From Patescibacteria group bacterium UBA6201 (GTDB lineage Bacteria; Patescibacteriota; Minisyncoccia; Phycocordibacterales; UBA918), in contig DISV01000005.1 in the NCBI GenBank assembly GCA_002422025.1, forward strand, positions 51,617 through 115,616: 64,000 nt of DNA, written 5' to 3'. The notes under the pieces were generated by a model. It did no database searches, was not told the DNA's origin, and saw only the letters and a program-made list of their open reading frames with translations. Both the position numbers and the translations under genes were made by a program. This document shows positions 19,888 to 32,300 of the stretch, in pieces (within the stretch, counting starts at the first letter, position 1; the number at the start of each line of letters is the position of its first letter).

Positions 19888-20856
19888 ATGTTTGTAGATG
19901 AAATAACTATAAAAGCCAGCGCTGGTAATGGAGGCGACGGTGTCGCCCGTTGGAGGCAAGAAAAATTTAAACCACTCAGTGGTCCGGCTGGAGGCAATGG
20001 TGGTAGAGGAGGAAGCGTGTATGTTCGCGCTGTTCGTGATTTATCGTTGCTCTCTAAGTACACTGGTTCAAAGGTTTTTAAGGCAAAGGATGGTGAGCAG
20101 GGGCGTAGCCTTAGTCAACACGGCAAGGCATCTGAAGACCTTTATATAGATGTTCCAGTAGGTTCTAGGGTAACTGACCTTGGGCGTGGACGCACTGTAG
20201 AGTTGGAACAAGAAGGACAGACTGAGAAGATATTGGAGGGCGGGCGTGGAGGGCTCGGAAATGAGCATTTTAAGTCCTCAGTTAACCGATCACCCCTTGA
20301 AACAACTAAAGGGAAAAAGGGAGAAGAAGGAGATTTCTTAATTGAGTTAGCCCTCGTGGTGGATGTCGGTTTAATTGGTAAGCCAAATGCTGGAAAATCT
20401 ACTTTACTCAATGCTCTCACCAATGCCCACTCTGCAGTAGGTTCTTATCCCTTTACTACATTAGAGCCACACCTCGGTGATTTGTACGGCTTTGTTTTGG
20501 CTGACATTCCAGGGCTAATTGAGGGAGCGTCAGAAGGTAAAGGGTTGGGTCACAAATTTTTAAAGCATATTTCTAAGACAAAAATGCTCCTGCACCTGGT
20601 CTCCTTAGAAGAAGATGATCCAAAAAATGCATATTATACAATTTTGAAAGAGCTATCTGCCTATGATAAATCTGTAGCAGATAAGGAAACGTGGGTTGTT
20701 TTCACTAAAAAAGACCTTGTTTCTCAACAAAAAATTGACGAGGTATTGAGTAGTATTGACACCCCTCAAAATCGTGTGTTTGTAATATCGACTTTGACCG
20801 CCGAAGGGGTAAAAAACCTGCAAGATTCACTAACTCAGAATCTTAAAAACAAGTAA
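19888..20856 (+). CDS. obg: GTPase Obg/CgtA
   Basis: Track ORF 19780..20856. Obg fold starts at MFVDEITIKASAGNGGDGVARWRQEKF (19888). It has the glycine-rich Obg domain plus G1 (GKPNAGKST) and G3 (DIPGLIEGA). Confidence 0.85.
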   Translation: MFVDEITIKASAGNGGDGVARWRQEKFKPLSGPAGGNGGRGGSVYVRAVRDLSLLSKYTGSKVFKAKDGEQGRSLSQHGKASEDLYIDVPVGSRVTDLGRGRTVELEQEGQTEKILEGGRGGLGNEHFKSSVNRSPLETTKGKKGEEGDFLIELALVVDVGLIGKPNAGKSTLLNALTNAHSAVGSYPFTTLEPHLGDLYGFVLADIPGLIEGASEGKGLGHKFLKHISKTKMLLHLVSLEEDDPKNAYYTILKELSAYDKSVADKETWVVFTKKDLVSQQKIDEVLSSIDTPQNRVFVISTLTAEGVKNLQDSLTQNLKNK

Positions 20857-20963
20857 ATGTTCCAGATTGGTGTACTTACACACATGTATATGTGTGTTTA
20901 GAATTATCTAAACAAACAGGAGAAACAAACTCTTGTAATCGGAAGTACCAAAAGGTAATATAA

Positions 20964-22418
20964 GTGTCAATTATGAGCACTTACAAACCAACTATTGGAA
21001 TCGAAGTCCACGCCGAATTGAACACAAAAAGTAAAATGTTCTGTGCGTGCAAAAATGATCCGCACGCCAGTTTACCCAACACTAATATATGTGCGGTTTG
21101 TCTGGCCCATCCAGGTACACTTCCGCGGGTTAATGCTGAAGCAATTAAAAAAGTGCTGATTCTAGGGCAAGCTATAAAAGGGGAGATTGCTGACTTTAGC
21201 GAGTTCGATCGAAAGCAGTACTTTTACCCGGATATACCAAAGGCCTATCAGCTGAGCCAGTACGCATATCCCTTTGTGAAGGGTGGGGAGTTAGCTGGGG
21301 TGGCAATAACTAGGGTCCACCTAGAGGAAGATACTGCCAGAAGCTCACACACTAATGCAAATGAAAGTAACACTAATGCAAATGGACATAGTGCCGTTGA
21401 TTTCAATAGGGCAGGAGTACCGCTTATGGAACTCGTGACCGAGCCAGTTATACACGATGCAGATACGGCTTCGAACTTCGTTAAGGAACTTCAGCTTATG
21501 CTACGTACACTCGGTATATCTGAAGCTAATATGGAAAAGGGCGAGATGCGAGTAGAGGCCAATATCTCAATTAGTAAAACAGATCAGTTAGGTACTAAGG
21601 TTGAAGTTAAAAACCTCAATTCCTTCAAGGCAATGAGTCAGGCAATAGAGTTTGAGATATCTCGTCAAACCGAGATATTGGATAAAAACGAGGCTGTAAA
21701 ACAGGAAACTCGTGGTTGGGATGAAAATAAATCTCGTACTTTTCTACAAAGATCTAAGGAAAAAGCTGATGAATATCGTTATTTTCCTGACCCTGACATA
21801 CCAAAGTTCGTGATTTCTGAGATTGATATGTTTAGCCGAGATAATTTATCCAATGCTACACGAGATATCCCTGAAAATATAAGGATTAAATACCGAGATA
21901 TCGGCTTAACGGAAAATCAGATAGAGATGTTACTTTTAAATCCTGCGCTACGTAACTTCTTTGAAGTTGGATTTGTTGCTACTTCAGAAGATCGTGGAGC
22001 TGAGTCCACTAGAATGGCAGCAAACTACTTAACTTCAGATGTGGCTGGCCTCTTGTCTGCCAATCCAGAACTAAAATTAGACATGGTTGCTGTACCAGGT
22101 TTTGTAAAACTAGTTTTCATGCTCCAGAAGGGAGAAATAGGCTCACGAGTAGCAAAGGATTTACTACCTCAGGTACTCTTTGAACTAAAGGATCCAGAAA
22201 CTGTAGCCAAGGAACAGGGGTTATTACAGTTATCTTCTACTGATGACTTGATGGGTGTGATTCTGAAGGTTATTGAGAGTAATGAGAAGGTGGTTGCCGA
22301 TTACAAGGCAGGTAAGGAGTCCTCAGTACAATTCTTGGTTGGACAAGCTATGAAGGAAACTAAGGGTTCGGCTAATCCTGCGGTCCTACTTACGTTGTTT
22401 AAGGAGGCTCTAAAATAG
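20964..22418 (+). CDS. gatB: Asp-tRNA(Asn)/Glu-tRNA(Gln) amidotransferase subunit B
   Basis: 484 aa. IGIEVHAELNTKSKMFCACKN...CAVCLAHPGTLP is the GatB N-terminus. The C-terminal GatB/YqeY domain is present. Confidence 0.9.
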   Translation: MSIMSTYKPTIGIEVHAELNTKSKMFCACKNDPHASLPNTNICAVCLAHPGTLPRVNAEAIKKVLILGQAIKGEIADFSEFDRKQYFYPDIPKAYQLSQYAYPFVKGGELAGVAITRVHLEEDTARSSHTNANESNTNANGHSAVDFNRAGVPLMELVTEPVIHDADTASNFVKELQLMLRTLGISEANMEKGEMRVEANISISKTDQLGTKVEVKNLNSFKAMSQAIEFEISRQTEILDKNEAVKQETRGWDENKSRTFLQRSKEKADEYRYFPDPDIPKFVISEIDMFSRDNLSNATRDIPENIRIKYRDIGLTENQIEMLLLNPALRNFFEVGFVATSEDRGAESTRMAANYLTSDVAGLLSANPELKLDMVAVPGFVKLVFMLQKGEIGSRVAKDLLPQVLFELKDPETVAKEQGLLQLSSTDDLMGVILKVIESNEKVVADYKAGKESSVQFLVGQAMKETKGSANPAVLLTLFKEALK

Positions 22419-22466
22419 GTTTAGTTATACACAGGTATTTGAGGTGTTATAGAGCGAACTAGGTCC

Positions 22467-23228
22467 TTGATGTTATATAATTCGGTTATGGAGGAAATCT
22501 CGGTTAACGGAGAAAATTACGTAAAAGCTAGTATCTTAGCCAAGAATTTTGGCTACACTCCGGATTATATCGGACAACTTTGTCGTGCTGGGCAAGTGAA
22601 GTGCACACTTGTTGGACGTAGTTGGTATGTGAATGAAGAGTCGCTTCGAGAACATCGCAAAGGACGTTATCGAAGTAGTTCTGCTAAATCCAAAGAATAC
22701 TTACGTAAGGCAGTAGAAGATCAGTTATTAGTACCGGTTCAGATGCGAACTACTTCAACGGTAAGATATGAACCAGATGAGAAGGAACTTTTTCCGGCAC
22801 TGAATAAAACAGAAGAAACTCATCCTATTGCTTCTGAAGATGATAGTTTAGACTTAAAGGTGGCTATAAATAAGCCTCTATTGGTTGAATCGCTGTCAGA
22901 TAGGCCTGGTGTACCTGTAGCGAGGAAGACTTTAACTAGACATCCTGCACCCGTTTTGCGTACGATTCCTGCTTTACGCCCGATTATAAGCCCCGTACAA
23001 CCCAACTTAACTGCGAAGTCACAAAAAAGTGGCTTCATTCCGAGTCGGGTATCTACAACGGGTACCTTTGCAATATTTTTAGGAATTTTACTAGTTGAGT
23101 CGGTGTTGCTTTTTGGAGTTCTGGGATTAGAGAAGCGCCTCGTTTTGGCCGACAGTAATCAGGCAATGGTTTTGTATGGTTTTGATGCTGATAAGGCACT
23201 TGACTCGATAAAATTCTTCCAAAAATAG
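22467..23228 (+). CDS. Membrane-anchored protein with N-terminal excisionase-type HTH (HTH_17-like) and C-terminal TM helix; hypothetical
   Basis: 253 aa. aa 18-62 (YVKASILAKNFGYTPDYIGQLCRAGQVKCTLVGRSWYVNEESL) fit the HTH_17 pattern. The middle is Pro-rich and the only TM is near the C-terminus (TFAIFLGILLVESVLLFGVLGL). Confidence 0.5.
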   Translation: MMLYNSVMEEISVNGENYVKASILAKNFGYTPDYIGQLCRAGQVKCTLVGRSWYVNEESLREHRKGRYRSSSAKSKEYLRKAVEDQLLVPVQMRTTSTVRYEPDEKELFPALNKTEETHPIASEDDSLDLKVAINKPLLVESLSDRPGVPVARKTLTRHPAPVLRTIPALRPIISPVQPNLTAKSQKSGFIPSRVSTTGTFAIFLGILLVESVLLFGVLGLEKRLVLADSNQAMVLYGFDADKALDSIKFFQK

Positions 23229-23299
23229 CACATCTGCATCTATTTTTGAAAGAATTCAAATATGGAAAATTATCAAAAAATAAACTTAGAAGTCTTCAA

Positions 23300-23330
23300 A
23301 AGATATCCCCATTTTGGGGATATTTTTTAA
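23300..23330 (+). terminator. Rho-independent terminator between the 253-aa gene and the giant gene
   Basis: gatatcccc-atttt-ggggatat followed by TTTTT. Confidence 0.65.
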
Positions 23331-23363
23331 CCAATTTAGTCTGATATTACTATAAAATTACTA

Positions 23364-26300
23364 GTGATGTCAGATAGTACAGAGCCTTCAAACGTAGACA
23401 CTTCAAAGTCGACAAAATTCCTTTCCGTCAAAGAGGCGGCCACTGTCTCTTCTTATACTACTGCTCACGTAACAAGGCTCGCTCAAAAGGGATTAATCAC
23501 AGCTGTGCGTGATGGTCGACAATGGCTGATTGATCCAATTTCTCTCCAAAAATTTGTCTGGGATACAGAAGAAAAAAAGAAAGTAAGAAAGGAACAATTA
23601 CGAAAGGAAAGAGTGGAGGAATTGCATTTATCTAGTACTGGACAAACTCTGGAGGATTCCGATGAGGAGTTTTCAATATTTGATGTTAGAACCGCCGTTG
23701 TTTCCGCCGTCTTCACCACTTGTGTAGCATTGTTGTTTTCTCTGGGGAGTGTTTATGATCAAAATGAACAAATCTTTGCTGGTAGTACGGTGGTGTCAGG
23801 AGTAGAGAGGTTATCCTATGATTTTAAGGATAGAGTGCTTCCTCGAACTCGCGACCTTTCAGCCACCACTCTCTTATCTGCTCCGATTGCAACATATTCA
23901 GGAAAAGTATTGGAATCGTTGTGGTGCGATTTGAAATTACTCTGGTACAAAAATGATAGCTGTGGTGCTCCAGCAATCGAGTACGCTATTCTGCCAATCA
24001 TAAATAACCGTGATGCTGACCCCGAGACTAATGTCACAGTTAACAATACTTACATCACTAATCCTGTAGAGAGAGAAGTCGTAGAGCGAGAAATTGTCCG
24101 TGAAGTTTTTGTCCAAGATGGTCAACTTTCTTTTGCTTCATACATAACTCGTACTGAGTACGACAATCAGGTTGATGCCATAATGCGCTCTATCGAAAAT
24201 ATCGACACGAGCGGAGGTGGTGGAGGTACTAGTAATGTTGCCTCTTTAGAGGATCTTTCTGATGTTGCAGCAATGACTGAAAGTACTGGTGATTTGTTAA
24301 TTTGGACCGGTTCGACCTGGAGTAATATTGCCACCTCTTCTTTGGGGATTTCCGGAGGTAGTGGCGCAGTCGATTCGGTCAATGGTCAGACTGGTGTAGT
24401 GGTACTCGATACTGGGGATGTTTCGGAAAATGGCAATCTATACTTCACCAACGCTCGCGCTCGCGAATCCCTTTCATCATCTGCCACCGGTCTTTCGTAC
24501 GCAACTTCAACCGGTGTTTTTAGCTTAACAGCCGGATACACCATTCCACTCACTGCCTCAACGACTGAATGGAGTAATACTACTAACCTCGTCACTGCCG
24601 GCAGCGCTTCTTGGGACGCTGCTGCAGCTAGTACCACCGCTCTTACTCCTAGCTACCTCCGTGGTCTCTTTTCTAACTCTGCCACCGGCCTCACCTATGA
24701 CTCTGGCACTGGCGCGACTTCACTCACATCTGGCTACACTATCCCACTTTTAGCTTCAACTACTGAGTGGGTTACTGCGTATGGGTGGGGGGATCACTCA
24801 CTGCAAAACTACATCCAGCAAAACGACAACGTAGTATTTGGTAATGCCACTACCACTAGCCTGGTGGTTAGTAACAACATCACAACTTCCTTAAACGATG
24901 GTTGTGTGGAAGTTGCTGGTGGCATACTTACCTCTACCGGTTCTAACTGTGGGATTGGTAGTGGGGGAATCACTAGCCTAAATGGCCTCACTACATCTTC
25001 TCAGTCGTTTGCCACTTCCACCTCAGGAGGTCTTGATCTCAGTATCACTTCTAGTAGTGGTGTACACACTTTCACTGCAGGTCTTTCAGCCGGCTACACC
25101 ATCCCACTTTCAGCTTCCACCACCGAGTGGGCCAACACTCGCAATATCGTCAACGCCTCTTCAACCCTCTGGGACACTGCATACAGCTGGGGAGATCACA
25201 GTACCGCCGGCTACCTAACAACCATCGCTTCTTCCACCATTCGCAACATGTTCTCTAACACTGCCACTGGTCTCACTTATGACTCTGGTACTGGCATCAC
25301 TTCATTGACAGCCGGCTATACTATCCCACTTACTGCCTCAACAACTGAGTGGTCAACCACATACGGATGGGGAGATCACAGTATCGCTGGCTACTTAACC
25401 GAAGTCGCCACTACCACCGTACGTAGCATGTTCTCAACTGGTACTGGTCTTTCATATTCAACTACCACTGGAGAGTTTATCAACACCGGTGTCCTTTCGC
25501 TCGGTGGACTAACCGGTGCTGTGGCTACCTCATCTCTCCATGTCTCCACCTCTACATATGCCTTTACGTCCGGTACCTCATCAATCGCTCTTTCACTCGA
25601 TGGATTTAATTCAACAGACTATCTAACGCTATCCGCTTGGTATGCCACCACCACCGACGCTCTTGATGAAGGTCTAAACAATCTATATTTCACCAACGCT
25701 CGCGCTCGTGAATCACTTTCATCATCTGCCACCGGTCTTTCATACGCAACTTCAACCGGTGCTTTTAGCTTAACGGCCGGCTATACCATTCCACTCACTG
25801 CCTCTACGACTGAATGGAGTAACACTGCTAACCTCGTCACTGCTGGCAGTGCCTCTTGGGACGCTGCTGCAGCTAGTACCACTGCTCTCACTCCAGCATA
25901 TCTGCGTGGTCTCTTTTCAAACTCTGCAACCGGTCTTACTTATGACTCTGGTACTGGCGCGACTTCACTTACAGCTGGCTACACTATCCCACTCACAGCT
26001 TCAACGACTGAGTGGGCTACTGCGTATGGGTGGGGGGATCACAGTGCGGTGGGATATCTCGTCTCTGGTGATATCGACACTTCCTCCGAACTACTCACAA
26101 TTGTTTCAGACGAAACCGGCACTGGCTCATTAGTGTTCAACGCTTCGCCAACTTTCACTGGCAACACCACTTTGGCAAATGCCTCTACCACCAACCTCAC
26201 CGTTTCAGGTAACAGCTATCTCGGTACGGTTGCCTCCGGTACCTGGAACGGTACCGACATCGACATCTCTGACTACACCAATCTCTCAGTCACTGCCACT

Positions 26301-29300
26301 GGCCTCTCCCTGTCCGGTGATGCTGTAGCACTCACTGCCGGCTATATTATCCCACTTTCAGCTTCAACAACTGAGTGGTCAACCGCGTATGGGTGGGGAG
26401 ATCACAGTATCGCTGGTTACTTAACCAACATTACTGGTGAATCACTCGAAGACCTGACTGATGTTGCCACAATGACCAAGTCTACTGGTGATCTTCTTTC
26501 ATGGAATGGTTCAAGTTGGACGAATGTGGCTACGTCATCTCTTGGCTTCAATGACCACGACAGTGTCACTCTTGCTGGTGAAAATTATCTATCACTAGCA
26601 ACTCAACAAATCACGGCCAACGCCATCAACCCAGATAACCTAGCATCCGCCGACTTCGGTGACTTCACCTGCAACGGTACTACTTGTTCGTTTGATACTG
26701 ACTCTGTCAGTGACAACGAGATTGATTACACAACAGTCACTCTCAATGACCTAACTTTCGATGTAGGCAACGTTTCGAAGACCGAGTTTGGTTACCTAGA
26801 TGGAGTCACTTCTGCTATACAAACGCAACTTGATTCAAAACTTTCAACTACCACTGCTGCCTCAACTTACTTAACAATCAACAATAATTTATCTGACCTT
26901 GCCTCCACCACTGTGGCCCGCACTAATCTCGGACTTGGTACCGTTGCTCTACTTAACAGTATTGATATCTCTGATAATACCAATCTCTCTGTATCAGCGA
27001 CCGGCCTCTCCCTGTCCGGTGATGCTGTGGCACTCACTGCCGGCTACACCATCCCACTTTCAGCCTCAACCACTGAGTGGTCAACTGCATACGGATGGGG
27101 AGACCACAGTATCGCTGGCTATCTAACCAATATTACTGGTGAATCCTTCTACGACTTAGTTGACACTCAAAGTTCATACACTGCCAACCGTGTTTTATAT
27201 CAAGGCGGAGGAGGTGTGACTGACTCAGCCAACCTCACCTTCGACGGTTCACTCTTCAGTGTGATTGGTACCGCTTCATCTACAAATCTTTTTACTACCA
27301 ATGCCACTACCACCAATATCACTGCTTCAGGTCACGCTACTCTTGCTACAGCATCATCTACTAACTTCACTGTCTCAGGTAACTCATATATAGGTACGGT
27401 TCTTGGTGGTGCATGGCAGGGAAGCGCAATCGGTGTGCAGTATGGCGGTACCGGAGCAAGTACATTCACTGCCGGAGAAATTCTTGTAGGCAACGGTACT
27501 GGAGCCATCACTTCAACCTCAACCGCCAACCTCAAGGCCACTCTTGGACTTAACAATGTAGAAAACACTGCACTCTCTACTTGGGCTGGTTCATCTAACA
27601 TTACTACCCTTGGTACTATCGTTTCTGGTGTTTGGAATGGAACTACTATAGATGTAGCTCATGGCGGCACCGGAGCTACTACTCTCACCGGTCTCCTTTT
27701 AGGTAATGGCACTGGTGCATTCACTGCTACCACCACATTATCTTCTTCTTATATAGAAGATGCTTATGTTCTCAATACTGGCGACTCTATCTCTGGTAAC
27801 CTAACTTTCTCTGGATTAGCCGCTAATATTGTTCTAGGTTCTAACTGGCTTTCAGGCGATGGAGGAGACGAGGGGCTGTTTGTTGATAGTGTCGGTAAAG
27901 TCGGTATCGGGACGGCTTCTCCCACCGCAGCATTATCAATTACTAATGATGGAACATCTGATCTTGATGTCTTGCTTGATAACGGCACAGTTCAAGGAGT
28001 ATTTGAGTTACAATCAAACAGTGTTGCAAGGTTGGGTACCATAACGAATCATTCATTCGAATTCGTAACCAATAACTCTACTCGTTTTAAGGTAACTAAT
28101 GCCGGGAATATTGGTATAGGCTCCACCTCTCCATCATCTAAACTCACTGTTCAAGGTGACACCTGGATTGGTGGAAACATTACTGCCACTGGCACTTTAA
28201 ATATCACTGATCACTCTACTCTAACTACTGCCTCCACCACCAACCTCACTGTCTCAGGTAACAGCTATCTCGGTACAGTTGCCTCCGGTACCTGGAATGG
28301 TACCGACATCGACATTAGCGACTACACCAACCTCTCTGTATCAGCGACCGGCCTTGAACTTTCGGGTGATGCTATTGCACTCACAGCTGGCTACACTATC
28401 CCACTCACTGCTTCAACTACTGCCTGGAACACAGCCTATAGTTGGGGTGACCACAGCATAGCTGGATATCTAACCAATATTACTGGTGAATCACTTGAAG
28501 ACCTGACCGACGTAGCAGCAATGACTAAGTCTACCGGTGACCTTCTTTCATGGAATGGTTCAAGTTGGACGAATGTAGCGACTTCAAGCTTAGGGATTAC
28601 TGGCACTTCCGACGGCGTCGCTTCTTCAAGTGTGGCGTTTTCGGTCCACAAGAATGGGACGAACCAGACAGTGACAGCAAATACATTTACCTTGCTCACT
28701 TGGTCCACCGAAGTCTTCGACACCAACAACAACTTCGACCTCACCACTGAACGCTTCACGCCAACGGTGGCGGGGAAGTATATTGCGACCGTTGCGTCGT
28801 TTTGTAATGACAGTACAACAAATTGCCAAGTAGCAATATATAAAAATGGTGTCTTGTACTCAAAAAATGTGAATGTTGATCCGAATAATACAGGATCTAT
28901 GGTAACTACTATTGTAGACATGAACGGTACCACTGATTATCTAGAAGCCTATGGATATGATGGTGGAGGAACTACTATCTCCGGCGCTGCAGAGGTCACC
29001 TACTTCTCCGGCGCCCTCATTGCTCCAGCTAACGGCCTCGCCGGCGGTTGGTCTAACGACGGCACGCAGTCATACCTCGCCGACTACACCGACCTCGTAG
29101 CTATCGGTACTTCTACTGCCGCCGCAAAGCTCGATGTGTGGGGAAGTGCTGGTTCAACTGACATACTCGGAATTTCTTCAAGTACTGGTTCACGACTCCT
29201 CACTGTGACAAGTAACGGTAATGTGGGGATTGGAACCACCACTCCTTCGTCGAAACTCTCCGTCTACGGTGACGTTCTGCTCGAAGGCTCAAGCCGTTAT

Positions 29301-32300
29301 CTAAACTTCGGTAGTACTGCAGGTACATCAGGCTACGGTATTCGCGACAACGCCGGAACCATAGAGTTTAAAAACTCTGGTGGCTCTTGGACCGGTATTG
29401 GCACGGGCACTGGCAGTACTGGTTCTAGTAGTGTGGCGTTTTCGGTACATAAGAATAGCACTGCGCAGACGGTGACTTCAGCTACTGTCACGCTTCTTAC
29501 TTGGTCTACCGAACTCTTCGACACCAACAACAACTTCGACCTCACCACTGAACGCTTCACGCCAACGGTGGCAGGGAAATATACAGTTACACTTTCAGCT
29601 TTTTGTGATAATGGTACAACAGGTTGTGCGGTCTACATCTATAAAAATAACGTACTTGTAAACCAAGGCTATACTGGGTCAAACGTTGCTACCGGTGTTG
29701 CAGCTGTTACGGCCATTATAGATATGAACGGTACGACGGATTATCTAGAAGCTTATGTATTTAATAATAATGGTACTACCATTAATGGTGGTAAACATGT
29801 CACCTACTTCTCCGGCGCCCTCATTGCTCCAGCTAACGGCCTCGCCGGCGGTTGGTCTAACGACGGCACGCAGTCATACCTCGCTGACTACACCGACCTC
29901 GTTGCTATCGGTACCACTACCGCAGCCGCTAAGCTTGATGTCTGGGGAAGTGCTGGTTCAACTGACATCCTTGGTATTTCATCCTCAACAGGTTCACGTT
30001 TGTTGACACTCACTAGTGGAGGCAACCTCGGTCTCGGCACTACTACTCCGTCATCTAAACTCTCCATCCAAGGAACTGGTAATCTCCTCTCACTCTTCGA
30101 CACTGCCGGCAACTCTATCTTCAATATTGCTTCTGCCACTACATCTACCTCTACTCTAGCTACCAACCTCGCAATCACCGGCAACCTCTCACTTTCTGGT
30201 TCACTCTACGATAGTACTAGCTCTGCTGGTTCTTCAGGTATGGTGTTACAAAGTACTGGTAGTGGAACTCAATGGGTAGCCACTTCATCACTTGGTATTA
30301 CTGGTGGTACTGATGGTGTCGCTTCTTCAAGTGTGGCGTTTAGTGTGCATAAGAATGGAACAAATCAGACTGTGACAAGCAATGTAGAAACTTTGGTGAC
30401 TTGGTCCACAGAAGATTTTGACACAAATAACAACTTCGACCTCTCAACAGAACGTTTTACTCCTACTATTGCAGGTAAATATATAGTCACAGTCGCTGTA
30501 CGGTGCGATTCGGCGACCACCTTTTGTCAGGCACGTCTGAGAAAGAACGGAAGTGGTATATCAACTCGATATGAATATACAGCCGGAGGTGGCACTCCAC
30601 CTACTACAGTTACAGCTACTGTGGATATGAATGGTACGACGGATTACTTGGATGTTATGGCGACAAATAGTGGGGGAACCACAATAAACGGTGGTGCGGA
30701 ATACACATACTTCTCCGGCGCCCTCATCGCTCCAGCTAACGGCCTCGCCGGCGGTTGGTCAAATGACGGTACTCAGTCATACCTCGCCGACTATACCGAC
30801 CTCGTTGCCATCGGTACCACTACCGCTACTGCTAAACTCGACATCTGGGGAAGTGCTGGTTCAACTGACATTCTTGGTATCTCATCCAGTACTGGTTCAC
30901 GACTTCTCACAGTGACGAGTAACGGTAATTTGGGAATTGGAACCTCTTCACCAACATACAAACTTGATGTAGCTGGAGGATATATAAACGTAGATGGTAA
31001 CAGTGGTGGATATAAAATAAGTGGTAACACCATTCTTCAAGCTTCGAGTACTAACTTCAGTACCTTGGTTGGTAATGGAGCTGGTACAGTACTGCAAGCC
31101 ACCGGTCTATACAACACCGCTGTTGGTTATCAGTCATTAAATGTAGCGACTTCTTCTACTTACAACACCGCTGTCGGTTATCAATCGCTCTTCTCTGATA
31201 CTTCTGGTGGTAGCAACACAGCTACTGGTTACAAGGCTTTGTACTCAAACACCACTGGTGGTTTTAACACCGCACTGGGACGAGAATCTCTCTATTCCAA
31301 CACCACTGGTGTCGCCAACACTGCTTATGGTTACAAATCTCTCTATTCCAACACCACTGGTAGTTACAACGTGGCTAGTGCGTATCAAGCTCTACAGTCC
31401 AACACCACTGGTAGTTACAACATGGCCTTGGGACGTCAGGCTCTCTACTCCAACACCTCTGGACAAGGTAATACCGCGGTAGGGTTTAGAACTGGTTACG
31501 GTGACGGGTCTACATTAAATCAACAATCAGTAGTGGATGAGTACATAACATTGATTGGTTATCAGGCTTCTCGTGATGCTTCAGTGGCTTCGACCACCTC
31601 TCTCACTAACAGCGTTGCGATTGGTTACAACGCTAGATTCTTAGCTAGCAACCAAGTAGTGCTCGGTAATGATTCGGTTACTTCCACTTTGTTGAAAGGT
31701 AATGTCAGTATCGGTACCACCACCAACGCTGTAGCTGGTGGCACAGCAGCCTTCTTAAACATTGATCGTTCAAGTGCGGGGGCGTTCGCCGTGGGTACAT
31801 ATATAAATCTCACTACAAGTGCTTCTCATTTTGGTTTTGCTAACCCTAACGGTTTGGTTGGTACTATTAACACTTCTGCTTCCGCCACCACCTACAACAC
31901 CACTTCCGACCGTCGTACCAAGGAAAATATTACCGAAACCGTACTCGGACTCGATGCCTTAATGCAGCTACCAATACGTGACTTCTCATTCATTAAAGAT
32001 ACTACCCACGCTACAACCTCCGGCTTCATCGCGCAGGAGTTATATGAAATATTCCCTTGGGCAGTCTCAACCAACGGTGACAATGGTATTGACCCACTTA
32101 CCGGCACCAGTACTCCTTGGTCAGTGGACTATGGTCGAGTGACTCCACTCATTGCTCGGGCAGTACAGGAATTGAATTTGAAACTAGAAGATTTGGCCAC
32201 CACTAGCTTGTATGCCGATTTGGAAGCTGATTCATTTACTAAGAGTTTCTTCGATAAACTCATCGCTTGGTTTGCTGACGCTACCAATGGTATTGAGAAC

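Noticed and set aside
24436-31480. Regularly spaced repeats that could be mistaken for a CRISPR array.
   Set aside because: The repeats are 100 to 900 nt long, imperfect, in-frame and coding, with no short identical direct repeats separated by unique spacers. No cas genes are present.
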